This document shows, one piece after another, positions 1 to 13,365 of a DNA stretch of 64,000 bases (the stretch's first letter is position 1; each line of letters opens with the position of its first letter). Location: assembly GCA_001600815.1 (NCBI GenBank), contig BCKZ01000011.1, forward strand, positions 165,622 through 229,621, written 5' to 3'. The notes below the pieces were generated by a model that was not told the origin of the DNA, did no database searches, and worked only from the letters and a program-made list of their open reading frames with translations. The DNA is from Alloascoidea hylecoeti (lineage: Eukaryota). Both the position numbers and the translations under genes were made by a program.

Positions 1-2
1 AA

Positions 3-1391
3 TACAAGGTACCTATGGTTACACAGCGCTATTTTTGTCAAACTTCTAGAGGCCAAGAAGCACTTTTTACAAATAATATAAAACCATATATTCTTTATCC
101 GATTTCTTCATTTGAAATTAAAATCGATTACTCTATTGAAGCAATTATTGAAAGGGAATTTGAGGATACATTTTTTGGGAATTTAGAATACAGCGTACCT
201 GAACCACTGAGAGAACCACTCATATATTTGAAGGCATCACATTCTTTTAATCTGATACCTCCCCACCCAGCTCTGATTTCTCCCCATGATCACCTTTTTC
301 AGCCATCTTTTGATACTGAGAAATATGCACCTGTAACCGATAACAATTCATCTTCGAATAATGATATTAGAAATAAAACGCTCTATAATGTTGATCATAA
401 AACAAAAAAATTACTATATTCTAAAGAATTTGAATGGATCACAGGGAAACAAAAATCTTTCCCAAATCAAATCNTGTCCACCATCAAAGTGATTGCACAT
501 CGGCCTGATNCAATATTATATTTACCGNAATCAGCTACCTCAATTAAACAACCAATCATTAATCCAATCGTAGGTGATTACATTACTTTTCCCTTGAAGT
601 TCATCTACACCCCAACAACAATTGATGGAGTACTNCAGCCTCCACCACTTATTACTGCGTTAGAACCATATTTAAAAATTCATAATATTATTGTTACTGC
701 AATGTCTTTGTACCAAATATTTAAGAACTCAAGAGAATACTCTCTNGTTGATCAGAACCGGGATATATTAAAGAATATTATTGATGAGAAATGTTACTCT
801 ACAGTCGGATGCTCGAACTCTGGTGGTTACGATATGTCAACTTCCTCGGCTGGTAGGCGTGGATGTGAACNTGGAAATGATAAACTATGGAGTCAATGGA
901 CACAATATGATTTGGAAAGTCAAGAAACNAAATATGAACGAACTATAAATATTAAAATACCTTCAATCACTTCCAACTTATCACCAAATTTTCAATCTTG
1001 CTACTTTTCAAGATTCTACGAATTGGAATTTAGAATTGAATTGAGATCTCAAACTCCTGTCCCCAAAGTAAGCATCATTGAAGAAACTTTAACATCAATA
1101 AAATCAAAATATTTTCACCACCGCACTACATGCGATTATAATCGTAATAATGTGTCTGCTGGACAAAAAATTAATTATAATTCTTTTTCATCAACCATCT
1201 CGGAGACCAATAGTTATCGATTTTCTTTGAATGTACCTCTTGATATTGTATCAATATCTAAAGGTAGTTCTTTGAAATCATCATGTGTATATGGTTCACC
1301 AGAACACAAAGTTTCTAGTAATTGTGGTCGAGACGAGTTACCGAGATATGAAAAGAGTAAATGGGACTTGCTGAGAAAAAGGAACTTATAG
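3..1391 (+). CDS. Bul1/alpha-arrestin-like protein, probably 5'-truncated by the window edge
   Basis: Frame is open upstream of the ATG at 15. C-terminal 'NLSPNFQSCYFSRFYELEFRIEL' resembles the Bul1 C-terminal motif (LxPxFxSCxxxRxY), and there is a terminal LPRY PY-type motif. Contains several N bases. Confidence 0.55.
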   Translation, partial: YKVPMVTQRYFCQTSRGQEALFTNNIKPYILYPISSFEIKIDYSIEAIIEREFEDTFFGNLEYSVPEPLREPLIYLKASHSFNLIPPHPALISPHDHLFQPSFDTEKYAPVTDNNSSSNNDIRNKTLYNVDHKTKKLLYSKEFEWITGKQKSFPNQIXSTIKVIAHRPDXILYLPXSATSIKQPIINPIVGDYITFPLKFIYTPTTIDGVXQPPPLITALEPYLKIHNIIVTAMSLYQIFKNSREYSXVDQNRDILKNIIDEKCYSTVGCSNSGGYDMSTSSAGRRGCEXGNDKLWSQWTQYDLESQEXKYERTINIKIPSITSNLSPNFQSCYFSRFYELEFRIELRSQTPVPKVSIIEETLTSIKSKYFHHRTTCDYNRNNVSAGQKINYNSFSSTISETNSYRFSLNVPLDIVSISKGSSLKSSCVYGSPEHKVSSNCGRDELPRYEKSKWDLLRKRNL

Positions 1392-3851
1392 TTTACAATA
1401 AGCTATAACACCATCTAAGTTATATATAATCAACTCGATAAACTGGTCTTCTTGCTCTAGGACCCAATAAACCTTCAGTTACCAAAAATCTATATATATA
1501 AAGTTAGAGACTATCATATCTAACCAATCAAAACTGATAATCGAATTAATTTGGAATCATAAACAACCAATGCTCCTTTACTTGTGTCCTAAAATATGTT
1601 GACGGCTGAAAATGAGAATGCTTTTCGGTATCTTAGATCAGTTAACTGACCCAAATTTATTCAGGACATGATGAGTATTTAGTTGATACATAAAATGTTT
1701 GATATCTGACATCTTTGAAACTTAAAATATCTAGTAAATTTATAAATTTTTGTGTAGTAGGTTGTTATAGTAATCACTTGTTTTTGTGTGTGTATTTAAT
1801 CTAATGTTAACACTAAATAACCCCTCCAAAATGGTTGGGCTCTTTTTTTTCTACCTTCTTCGCCTTTTTCGTGAAATATAATCATACACGATAAATATAT
1901 TATAAATCTAGACGTAATAATTGTAGAAGATCAAGAAGGGTACTCTAATATTGATTTTGCTTTTTGTGTTGTGTCAAAGTTACTGTTGATGCAATAAAAA
2001 ATGATTAAAACTAAATGTATATGATATGCTATAACTATTTATATACTTACCTCTGTTTTTCTGATTTTGATAGAGAATGTGTTTATAAAAGGGGAATGTG
2101 TTTGCATTTTGTGGTGAACGTCGTTTAAAATCTTTTCAATATATAAGTACTTCTTTTTTATAAACCATAATTATTGTTTGTATTTGTATTTGTGTTCCCC
2201 TTTACCATAAATCTTTCCAATGATTTTTAAACAAGCAAGTTCCTATCAATACCAATATTATTGTAAACCGATAAACGAGAAGAAAAGAAAGATTCCGTTT
2301 AAATAAATATTAACAATGATTGTAAATACAAACCCCCAAATAATTTAAGCGCTGAGTCTGCTTTCACCATATTTTTCTTCCTCCATTTCTCTTTTTATTT
2401 CTCTTCCATTATTTTTTCATTTCTTTACGTTATCCTTCACTTTTCAATGACTCAATTTTATAATGGTAATTTTTGCCAAAATGTGAAATATCTAATCAAT
2501 GAGATGTATTAAAGATCCAGAACGGTATTATTAATCATTATTAAGCTGTATATTTTGATACTATTATTAACAACTATGATTAATATCATCAACAATGATT
2601 TGAAGAAATCAGCAACAGTTGCAACCAAGAAAGAGGCGGAAATATGGAATTGTTTTTTTAATTTAAATTCAGATAAAAACTTTTTACTTTGTGATATTTA
2701 CTCTGTTCTCGATTTATTTTGATTATTATCCACCAAAATTCATTTCCAATCTAAATCTCACCACTTTAAAGTCTTCTGTGTTTTATTTGGTAGCAATCTG
2801 TTTCAGTTCCGATCTTATTCACTGATATGTCAATTGCCACAATGACACCCGTTGACTCAAAATTTAGTGGATTCTTAGAAACCAAATATTCGAAATTTAT
2901 GATCATTGGTATAAGCTGTACAAAACTTATAGAAAATTATATTTCTCAATTATTAAATTTTAAAAATATAGTGATATTTCTGTTTATCGTGTTGAAGATA
3001 TTGTTTATTTTGAGAGTCAATATTACATTGGAATCTGAAATAGAAACAAAAGTTAAAGAAAGAGCAGCCAAATTAACCAGATGTGGTGAACGAAAAAAAG
3101 CTGAAGAACAATTAAGAGCTGAAGAACGATTGAAAGCCACAGAAAGAAGAAGGGAAAGGCACTAATCAGCAATATCTGTAGGAAACTTGGAGCTAGTGAG
3201 AAATAAGACTGAAAAATAATCATATTAAAGATTTCTAATAGTAACAATAAAGAGTAATGGTGATTGATAGCCGTATATAAACCAGGTGGAAATAATGAAA
3301 TGAATCTTTGGTTGTGGTTCTTGTAGTTGTTGTAGTTTCATTTTTTTAATTTGCCAATATCTAAAACTTCACCTTCTAAATCTCTCTTTGTTTATTTATC
3401 TTTTTCGATATTAAAAACCTCACTAATTTTAACCCTTAAATAAAATTCATAATCAACGTTTAAATATCTCCGTTACTGTGAAAAAAGAATGATCTACAGT
3501 AATAATTGCTAAAGTTGCAATAACAAAAACAATCGAATAAACTAGACCTTTTGTTGAACCAGGCATTGAAGTGTAAACAATATTTGCATATGAATCTACA
3601 AGCCCATAGGAAATGAGGAACAGAACCTTTAATACTTTCAATAACACTTGGAACTAAATGTGTTATACACCGTTAATTTAATTTCCTACTTTTACATATT
3701 TAAACATTACATAGTCTTTGAAATTTTGTTTGGCAGACCTTTAACTTTTAAGTTTTAGTGTCGAGTTTACAATTTTTCATTGAAATATCGGTTATTTATG
3801 GTTATAAATGGAATCCATTTTAGTCTAAATTTGATCAAATTTAAGTACTTG

Positions 3852-3888
3852 TATGTTTGTTATGTTTGTTATGTTTGTTATGTTTGTA
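3852..3888. repeat. 9-bp tandem repeat (TATGTTTGT)x4
   Basis: Read directly from the sequence. Confidence 0.85.
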
Positions 3889-4737
3889 TTATTAATGTTT
3901 TTTAATTATTTGTTATATTTATTACGTTTGAGCTTGATCTATATGAAATTGATTATTTAAATAGAATTTAGTGAAAACTCTATTTAACTTACATGTATAA
4001 TGATTATATTTTAGTCTTTAGAAAGATATAAATAGAAATGATGAATTTAAATTTTTTTTTTTTTCAGCTAATACCAATTAGCTAGTTTGATTATAAAGTT
4101 ATAATATAATTAATGATATGATATGCTGGTTTAAATTTATAATTATTATAAAGAATCAACTGGTTAAGAAAATACTAAATTAAATTGGAAAGGATTCATT
4201 ATCTTAAATTTAACGTAAAAATTTCTAAAAGTTTTAATATATATTGATTACATCAAATAAAATAAGTTCATTTTTCCAAATTTTATTGTCTTTGAGATTA
4301 TTATTGTTTCTTGATATTTATGGAACTTCTACATAAGTAATAAATTCGATGAAACTTCATTAATGAGTTTTTTTATTTTTTTAATGAAAGAAATCAATAA
4401 TATAACATCATCAAAGCTTAATAGCTTAATAGATATTGATATAGTTACCATAGGTATCAAAGAAAAAAACTAGAAAGATTTTATGATGAATTGGTTTCTA
4501 GTGCTTATACACTAACTTTTCTTAACGTAAGACAATCAACCATTAATGAGCCTATGAATTAAACTTAATGTTCCTGAGTCTCGAATTATATGTTATGATC
4601 TGGTAACCAATCACCATCATCATAAAATATCAAATCAATCAAGCCTTTTTCATTAATATAAAAACAAATCTAAATTCCTTTAAAATTTTCAATTTCTTTC
4701 ATACATATTATTTCTTATATATTATTCTCCTTCCTAA

Positions 4738-4885
4738 AATTTTAATGACTAGGTTTTTTTTTTTTTTCTTTTTGCTTTTGATCATTTTTAAGATTCAGAT
4801 TATAATCAATCATTAATCTGAATTCTAAAAATGATCAAAAGCAAAAAGAAAAAAAAAGAAAAAAAAAAACCTAGTCATTAAAATT
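4738..4885. repeat. Long near-perfect inverted repeat (hairpin), ~65-70 bp arms with an ~11-nt loop
   Basis: AATTTTAATGACTAGG-T(n)-CTTTTTGCTTTTGATCATTTTTAAGATTCAGATTA pairs with TAATCTGAATTCTAAAAATGATCAAAAGCAAAAAG-A(n)-CCTAGTCATTAAAATT. Confidence 0.93.
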
Positions 4886-6635
4886 GTGATACTCAATTTT
4901 TTTCTTCTTTTGGTTTTATTGATTAACTTATAATATTTAAAAAATGCAAAATTATAAAAACATTTGAAGAGATTTTAAACATAAGTATAAGAGTGATAAA
5001 TTAAATTAATTATCTCATCTGACTTTGTATATTCAAACCTGCAGCTGAATTCAAACCAACTACCAAATCTCCAAACAACATATTTGATTGTGGGAATAAC
5101 CCCTTCTCAATTTCCAGAAACTTTCATAATTAATTATCACATTTCATCATTTATTTTGCTTCATTTTTGGGTATACGCTTTATTTTCTTTAAAGCTAAAC
5201 AGCATTTGAATCTGATTTACAAAAAGAAAAAGAAATGATAACACATGGAAATGTCACTATTGTAAGATATATATATATAGATACTTATCATGATTTACTT
5301 TAACAGAACATTCAAAATCAAAATCAAAATCAAAATCAAAGTTAAACTAAAGATGATAAAAATAGCAAAGAATATTATTACATAGGATTCGAAAAAGATA
5401 ATTTTTATATTATTAATTGATAGATGAACATAAGAAAGATAATGTTTTTTTTTTTGAATCATATATTGTTTGTTTAAATTTGTTTTGGTAATATTATAAG
5501 GATTTTATTAATGATGAATAAAAAAAAAAAAAAAAAATAATNAAGAAGATTGAAGTAAAAGAAGCTAAGAATTGAAAGTAGTTGATGATGAAGATTGACC
5601 TAGGATCAAACGGAAAGAATCATACTCACTTATTTACAATGTTTAAGCGAGATCCTAATTCTAGATTATAACCAAAAAGAAAATTAGAATGATAAAAGTC
5701 TACAAAGAAAAAGCCTTGGAAAAATACAATATTCATACAACTTATATGGGTAATTTTACAAGCTTTATTCATTATTATCATTAATGATTTTGAATGATTA
5801 GTGGTAGATATAATATTATAGGTTCTTGGGTTATGATTTCTATAAGTTTATATTGTAACAATAGATTTGTAATATCTTTTTAAAGATATAAAGTTTATTA
5901 TATTGCTAAGACTATATTAAACCATGAAGAACTAAAACAAAAGGGAGATCTTAAAGATATTTATATCCATAGACAAGACATACAAATATTACTATAAAAC
6001 TTTCAAGTTAGTATTTTCTATCTGTTATAGAAAGTTCTAGTAATCCAATATTATAAGTTATTTCATTAACTATAATATATATATAAAGATTGAATATTCA
6101 GATAAATAACGTTAACGTTAACGTTAACTATTACGATATTCAATTTAATCCTTGATTATATGATTCATATCCATTAAATGCTGTAAAGATAAAGAGCAAG
6201 CATTAAACAGTAACCATGTCTGGATCTATTAATATAACACTCGAGCTCGAGCTCCATCAATAATACTGTAACATTATTATAATAAATCAATTAAAGAAGT
6301 ATGATTTAAATCTCGTATAAATAAATAAGCATTAAAATCAAAGCATCACATACATATACGATAACAATACAAGATCAAATTAGGTAATTAAACAATTAAA
6401 CATATTATTATATATATATATTATAAATCTTATGGTATCTAAATTCCACCAATCAAGGGAAACTTCGGATAGGGAAATGGAAATATTACGCATGAATATT
6501 AAAAGTTTAAATATTTTTAATTGCTAAAACTAAAAGTCATTCGGAAAGGCACTTTTTTTTTTGCCATCATCAAAAAAATAAATAACAATACAAATCAACA
6601 ATTATTATAATAAAATAAAATAATTATTACTAACA

Positions 6636-7910
6636 ATGAGTTTTAAAGGAATGAAGAAAGGAATTGTTAGGGTATGTTTCTATTTTAATACTTTTCTCTA
6701 TTGTTTTTTATCTATTCTATTTATTTTAATATGTATGTGGGTTATTAATGTGGATGATAATAGGCTCCTCAAAGCCTCCGACAAAAATTCAACATGGTAA
6801 GTATATTCATGGTTAAAAGTATGACACTCATTAAAAAACTAATTAAACATTTTATAGGGAGAACAAACCAATGATGCAGTTTATGCTGATGCTGAAAGGA
6901 GATTTAAAGAACTTGAATTATCAACAAAAAAACTTCATTCAGAATCACAAAAATATTTTGATTCAATTAATGGAATGTTAGATCATCAAATTGAATTTAG
7001 TAAAGGTATTGAAGAAATTTATAAGCCAATTTCGGGTAGGATGTCAGATCCAAATTCAATAATACCAGAAGGTAATCCAGAAGGTATTAAAGCGTGTGAA
7101 CAATACCGAGAAATTGTTGATAATTTAAAAAAAACCATATCACCAGAATTAGATCTAATTAAAACAAGAATTATTGGGCCAGCAGAAGAAATGTTAACAA
7201 TTATAAATTTGATTCGAAAAGTTGCAATTAAAAGATCGCACAAACAATTAGATTTAGATAGACAATTAAATTCAGTTAAAAAAATTGAAAATAAGAAAAC
7301 AGAAAGAACAGCAAAAGATGAAGAAAAATTATATAAATATCAATCAGAATATGAAATTGCGAAACAAGAATACGAATATTTTAATAATATTTTAAAAAGT
7401 GATTTACCAAGATTATTTGAATTGGAATCCCAATTTATCAGGCCTTTATTTGTTTCGTTTTATTATATGCAATTGAATGTTTTTTATACGCTTTATGGGA
7501 GAATTCAAGACTTAAAGATCGGATATTTTGATATGAATGAAGATATTGTCGGGAGTTTTGAAGGAAAACGTGGAGATGTTCAGGCACAAGCAGATGCAAT
7601 TCCCATCACCCATTTTAAGATCAGTCACAGCAAAGCCAAGTTGGATATGGTTCGGAACCGTCATCAACAGAAACTTTCGGAAACAGCAGCAGCTCCGGTC
7701 GAAGCTCCGGTCGAAGCTCCGGTCAAACAGGCCCAGATGTGTACGGCACTCTACGACTTCACAGCCCAATCGGCCGGCGACCTCAGTTTCGCCGCCGGAA
7801 CCACGATCGAGATTCTGGCCACGGACGCGAACGGATGGTGGTCCGGACGGGTGTACGGTGGCAATGGGGCGGTGGGGCTGTTTCCGGGTAATTACGTTCG
7901 GCTCATTTAA
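6636..7910 (+). CDS. RVS167: Amphiphysin-like BAR-SH3 protein Rvs167; exons 6636-6671, 6764-6796, 6858-7910
   Basis: Spliced N-terminus [39 protein letters not shown] matches Rvs167. C-terminal SH3 (ALYDF...GDLSF...WW.G...GLFPGNYV). Introns GTATGT..TAG and GTAAGT..TAG keep frame. Confidence 0.93.
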
Positions 7911-7974
7911 ATTTATATTTACATCTATATTTATAGTTAGTAACTCTGTAATCCATTAAATAGTCGATATTAAT

Positions 7975-10079
7975 ATGAATTCAGAGCATGAAAAAGAAAA
8001 AGAAAAGGACAAAGAACGATGGTGGTTTCTTCATCGTCCTTCTTCGCCGACCGCTTCTTCCCAATCTCCTACTCCAGTCCAGCAGGATATACCAATCTCT
8101 GTTTTTAAATCCACTCTAACACAATCTCTGAGTATTGCCCACCAAGAAATATCAACGACCTCAACGACAAACGGAGAAAAACTGTATTTCGGGAGAATAC
8201 CTGTGGTTATTGCGAAAACTGGCTCTTTTTTACAACACGAGGAAAATTTAAATATTAAAGGTGTTTTCAGAGTTGCTGGTTCAACAAAAAGAATCCGTCA
8301 TCTACAGTTATTATTTAGTACTGCTCCAAATTATGGCAAAGATTTCCTTTTTACGGGCAATACAAATGAAAATGATAATACGAATGACCATAATGAGAAT
8401 TCTAATTCTAATTATACAGTTCATGATGCTGCTACTTTATTTCGAAGGTTTTTAAATGATATGCCTGAACCAATTATACCCTATTCTTCTTATGATAATT
8501 TTAGAGATTTAATGGCCCAATATCCTGAAGTTCAAGCCTGGTTAAAAAGAAGAGGTGAAAGAGCTGTCCAAAAAGGCGCTGCAAAACAAGAACTTCTAAA
8601 ATCAAAATCAAAATCAAAATCAAATTTAAATTCAAATTTAAACTCAAATCTAAATGTTAATGTTAATGTTAATGCTAATGCTAATGCCTCAAATGCAAAT
8701 GTTAATGCAAATGTCAATGCAGCTAGTTTACATTCTGATCTTCATTCTGATTTTAATCCCGACGATCAACAAAATCAAAACACAAATATAAATCCAAATT
8801 TAAATCCAAATTTAAATACAAATTTAAAAGATTCGGTTTCGGTTTCAAATGATGTTAAAACTGAGTCAAAATCAAATCTAGATTCAACTCCAAAAGATGA
8901 CAATCAAAAGGATAAAAATGATAAAAACTTAATCAATGTTGTAACGAAAAACGTCAAAATATCAGAACACAAGGATCAAAACAAGGTTGTAAATGAAAAG
9001 ATTAAAGATAAAGAAATTACAACTACAAGTCATGATAATGAAACTGTTAAAACAAAACTTGATGAATCAACATCAATCGAAATTAAGAATATAATTAAAA
9101 ATGATGAATATGAAAGTATAATTAAAAAAGATGAAGATAAAAAAATTATTGAAGTGACTACGGATAATAATAATCAAAAAGTTGAAAAATCTTCAAGTAC
9201 CCTTGATAATGATCCTGAGCAATCAAAACCTATAACATCCGATGGTGCCATTGACAGCAGTATTGATCACAATAATGAAAAAGAAAAAGAAAAAGAAAAA
9301 AAAGAAAAAGAAAAGATTAAACCTGAAATTGAACCAATTTCAACAAGATCATCAACGGAATCATCAACCTTATCTACGCAATCATCAACCTTATCAACAC
9401 CAACAACAACCTCAACATCATCCCATTCCCATTTAAACTCTTCAAAAACAAACTTACTTGATAAATATCTTGAATTAATCTTACAATTACCAACATCAAA
9501 TCGTCAATTATTACTTTATGTTTTAAAATTGTTAGCATTATATGCAAAAAATTCAATTGATAATTTAATGCCTGCATGTAATTTATCATCAATTTTTCAA
9601 CCATGTATATTATCACATCCAAAACATCAATTACAAATTGAAGAATTTGAATTAAGTAGATTTGTTGTTGAATTTTTAATAATTGCAATAAATTGGTTAA
9701 ATCCAAGAATTGAATCTAAAATTTCAAAACAACAAATTATTGATGAAGAAAATGTTCATAAATTTCATTCAAAAAGACAACAATCAATTCCAATTCAAAA
9801 TCAAAATCAAAATCAAAATCAAAATCAAAATCAAAATCAAAATCAAAATATTCAAAATATTCAAAATATTCAAAATAATAATGAAAATTCAAATATAAGA
9901 CAAAGACAAAGACCATTATCAATGCAATTGCCAATTCCAATTCATTCTCAACTTTCATCATCATTATCAAATTCTTTATCTAAAAACCCACAAATTTACA
10001 GATATGATTCAATTGAAAAGAAAAAACAAGGTATACCAACCTTAAGTGTTTCAACATCATTATCATCACAATCACAATC

Positions 10080-10158
<79 letters not shown>

Positions 10159-11685
10159 ACAACATCAAAATTAAATCGTGCAAAACCAATAACAATTCCA
10201 AATAATGATTTACCAAGAAGAAGACATAGTAAAAGTATGAGTAGTGCAATACCACCAAAAATTCAATCATCTTCAATTGTTGGTGGTGGGAGACAACAAC
10301 AGATTAAAGATTCGGGTACGAGTAGTGGGATTTTAGAAAGATCTCATGCTATTGTTAAAAGATTAAGATCAACTTCTTTAACAAGAGACAAAGAAAAAGA
10401 AAAAGAAAAAGAAAAAGAAAAAGAAAAAGAAAAAGAAAAAGATAACAACAGTAATGTTAATGATCAAAATTTAAAACCAACACATAATCAATCTAATTTA
10501 AGTCTTACAAGTATAGTATCTGAAGAACCCAATAATTTAATAAAAACTGAAGAAGAAATCAAAACTCCTACAACAACAACAGTTCCAATTCCAACAACAA
10601 ATTCAAATTCAAATTCAAATTCAAATTTAAATTTAAATTTAAATCCTCATAATATTACACTTACACCACCATCAAATACTTTAAATCCAATTGTTAATTT
10701 ATCACCATCAATAATTATACCAAATTATAAATCAACAAGTCCAACTAAAATGGCATTACATTCATTTCATAATTCATTACCAAGTTTAGATCAAACAATT
10801 GGATTACCAATATTATATAAAACTAATTTAAATCATTCAAATACATCAATTGTTTCTTCAATTATATCATCTGATGAAGAAAATCAATTAAATATTTCAA
10901 AAAATTTAAATAAAAATGGAAATGGAAATGGAAATGGAAAATGGAAAACATCAAGATATATTAATAATAGCAATGGATCATCACCAAATTTATCATCAAC
11001 TATTCCATTTGAAACAATAGAAGATGTAGAAAATGAATTTATAAATGATCATGAAAGAGTAATGCATCAACAACAACAAAATGATTATTTAAGTCCTAAT
11101 TCTAATACTAAATCAGATTCAAGTATACACTCAGTTGATTCACCAATTGGTCTTGATATTCAATCACCATTTTATAATTCAAATGCCGAAATTACAAAAA
11201 GTTCAATTATCCCAACACCAAATTGGGGATCACCACAACCATGTATGTTAAGTCCAGGACAAAATACAAAAAGAGCTTTAAGTCCTTTACGATATGGTAC
11301 AATTGGAAATGGGAAACATGTTGGTTCATCATCCCGTCCAACATCCCATAGCTATTCAAAATCATCTTCTGCATCATTTACTTATTCAAATAATGAATCA
11401 CCATCGATAATAACATTTCCAGATTCATGTATTTTACCACCAAATGGCAATGATGAATCTTTAGCATTATCTCCAATTTCTGCAAGGGATACCCCAACTT
11501 CGAGCGGTAGTGGGAAAAAATCATCATGGTTTAGAAGATTAAGAAGTAGAAGTAGAAGTCCTTCTCCACGAGTTGGTGGTAATGTTGGAGTTTATGGAAG
11601 ACCTGGTTCAAATTCAATAGAATTAGGGAAAGCTTTTAAATTTGGTGATGATGAATCAATTCAAAATTTAAAAAATTCAAAATAA
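7975..11685 (+). CDS. SAC7: RhoGAP, Sac7/Bag7-like, with long low-complexity inserts
   Basis: GVFRVAGSTKRIRHLQ arginine-finger motif, 'YTVHDAATLFRRFLNDMPEPIIP', 'NLMPACNLSSIFQPCIL'. Lies directly after RVS167, as in S. cerevisiae. Confidence 0.82.
10081..10158 (+). repeat. (CAA)26 polyglutamine tract in the RhoGAP
   Basis: Pure CAA run read directly. Confidence 0.95.
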
Positions 11686-12036
11686 TAATTCTTTTCAACT
11701 TTTATACTCTATACTCTATTTTATATTATGAATCTATCTAATTTCAATTTTAATTTTATGTTTTTTATTATTGAATTTTTTCATATATCAATTTCCTTTA
11801 CAATTAATATATTGATGTAATAGCTAATATTTATATAGGATAAATTAATTAAGCCTTCATTTTTCTTTTGTGATTAAATTTATCTACAGATATCTTTACA
11901 ATACAATATTAGTCGTTGCTTCTTTGTTTCCAGTATTATAATAATAGAAATGTTAAATTTAAAGTTGCAACAAACATCTTTTCTTTTTCACTTTACTTCA
12001 GTTTAAATATCAGACACGTACGCAACTTCAAAAATC

Positions 12037-12826
<790 letters not shown>

Positions 12827-12872
12827 TTTTATATTCAATTTTTCAATTTATAATTAATTTATAAATATATAT

Positions 12873-13258
12873 TTAATAAAAAAGATCTTTTACATAAGGA
12901 TGATGATTAAATTTAACCAATGCTTCTGCTGCTTTCTGATCTATATTTCATTATTAGTCTCCATATTATATTATATTCAATTTAATGTATATTACTTACT
13001 GATATCTTCCCCAAAATCAATTGCACTAAAAGCAGTAATACTAAGATTATCACCAATCCTTCCAATTATCTGATACCATTTGCCTTCTGTAAAATCAGCA
13101 AGATCATCATCATGCCATCTAATATTTATTGGACCAGCAGAATCAATAACTCCTGTGTGGGCATTTCGATTGACACTTGTAAGTTTCCCAAGAACCAAAA
13201 CTGTTGGTGTTTGTCGATGGGCTTGTAATAATGTAGAGTCAACTCTTGGTGAAGACAT
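12873..13258 (-). CDS. RFA3: Replication protein A 14-kDa subunit; exons 13258-13000, 12940-12873
   Basis: Small OB-fold 'SPRVD...LVLGK...WYQIIGRI...IDFGEDI'. A 59-nt intron (GTAAGT..GACTAAT..TAG) adds the C-terminal helix NQKAAEALVKFNHHPYVKDLFY. Confidence 0.8.
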
Positions 13259-13290
13259 GAATAAAAAATGTTTAATTAGATTTAATTTGT

Positions 13291-13365
13291 TTTCGTGTTC
13301 GCGTTTTTCCTTTCAAAAACAAAATGGAAGCTTTGTTACCCGGATTCTGAAATATTTATGACTCA
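13291..13365. promoter_or_regulatory. Divergent RFA3/TRP3 promoter: SCB (TTTCGTG 13291-13297), MCB-like (TTCGCGT 13298-13304), Reb1-type (TTACCCGG 13336-13343), Gcn4 (TGACTCA 13359-13365)
   Basis: Consensus matches placed next to the genes expected to use them. Confidence 0.6.

Noticed and set aside
1530..1620. Minus-strand 'KGALVVYDS' resembling a Rab GTPase motif
   Set aside because: Flanked by stops, with no recognisable G1/G3/G4 motifs; too short to call.
1668..1712. ATGATGA...CTGA pair suggesting a C/D snoRNA (similar pair near 46612-46642)
   Set aside because: Spacing is too short and no rRNA guide was recognised; such motifs are common in AT-rich DNA.
2827..3647. Short ORFs 2827-3165 (+) and 3453-3647 (-), the latter faintly like a peptide-transporter C-terminus
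   Set aside because: No convincing motif; may be decayed gene fragments or chance ORFs.
8261..10276. Short alternative-frame ORFs with poly-V, poly-K, (IK)n or (FD)n
   Set aside because: Shadows of microsatellites in the SAC7 CDS; the same applies to shadow ORFs in CRZ1, SNT2, ERG3 and others.
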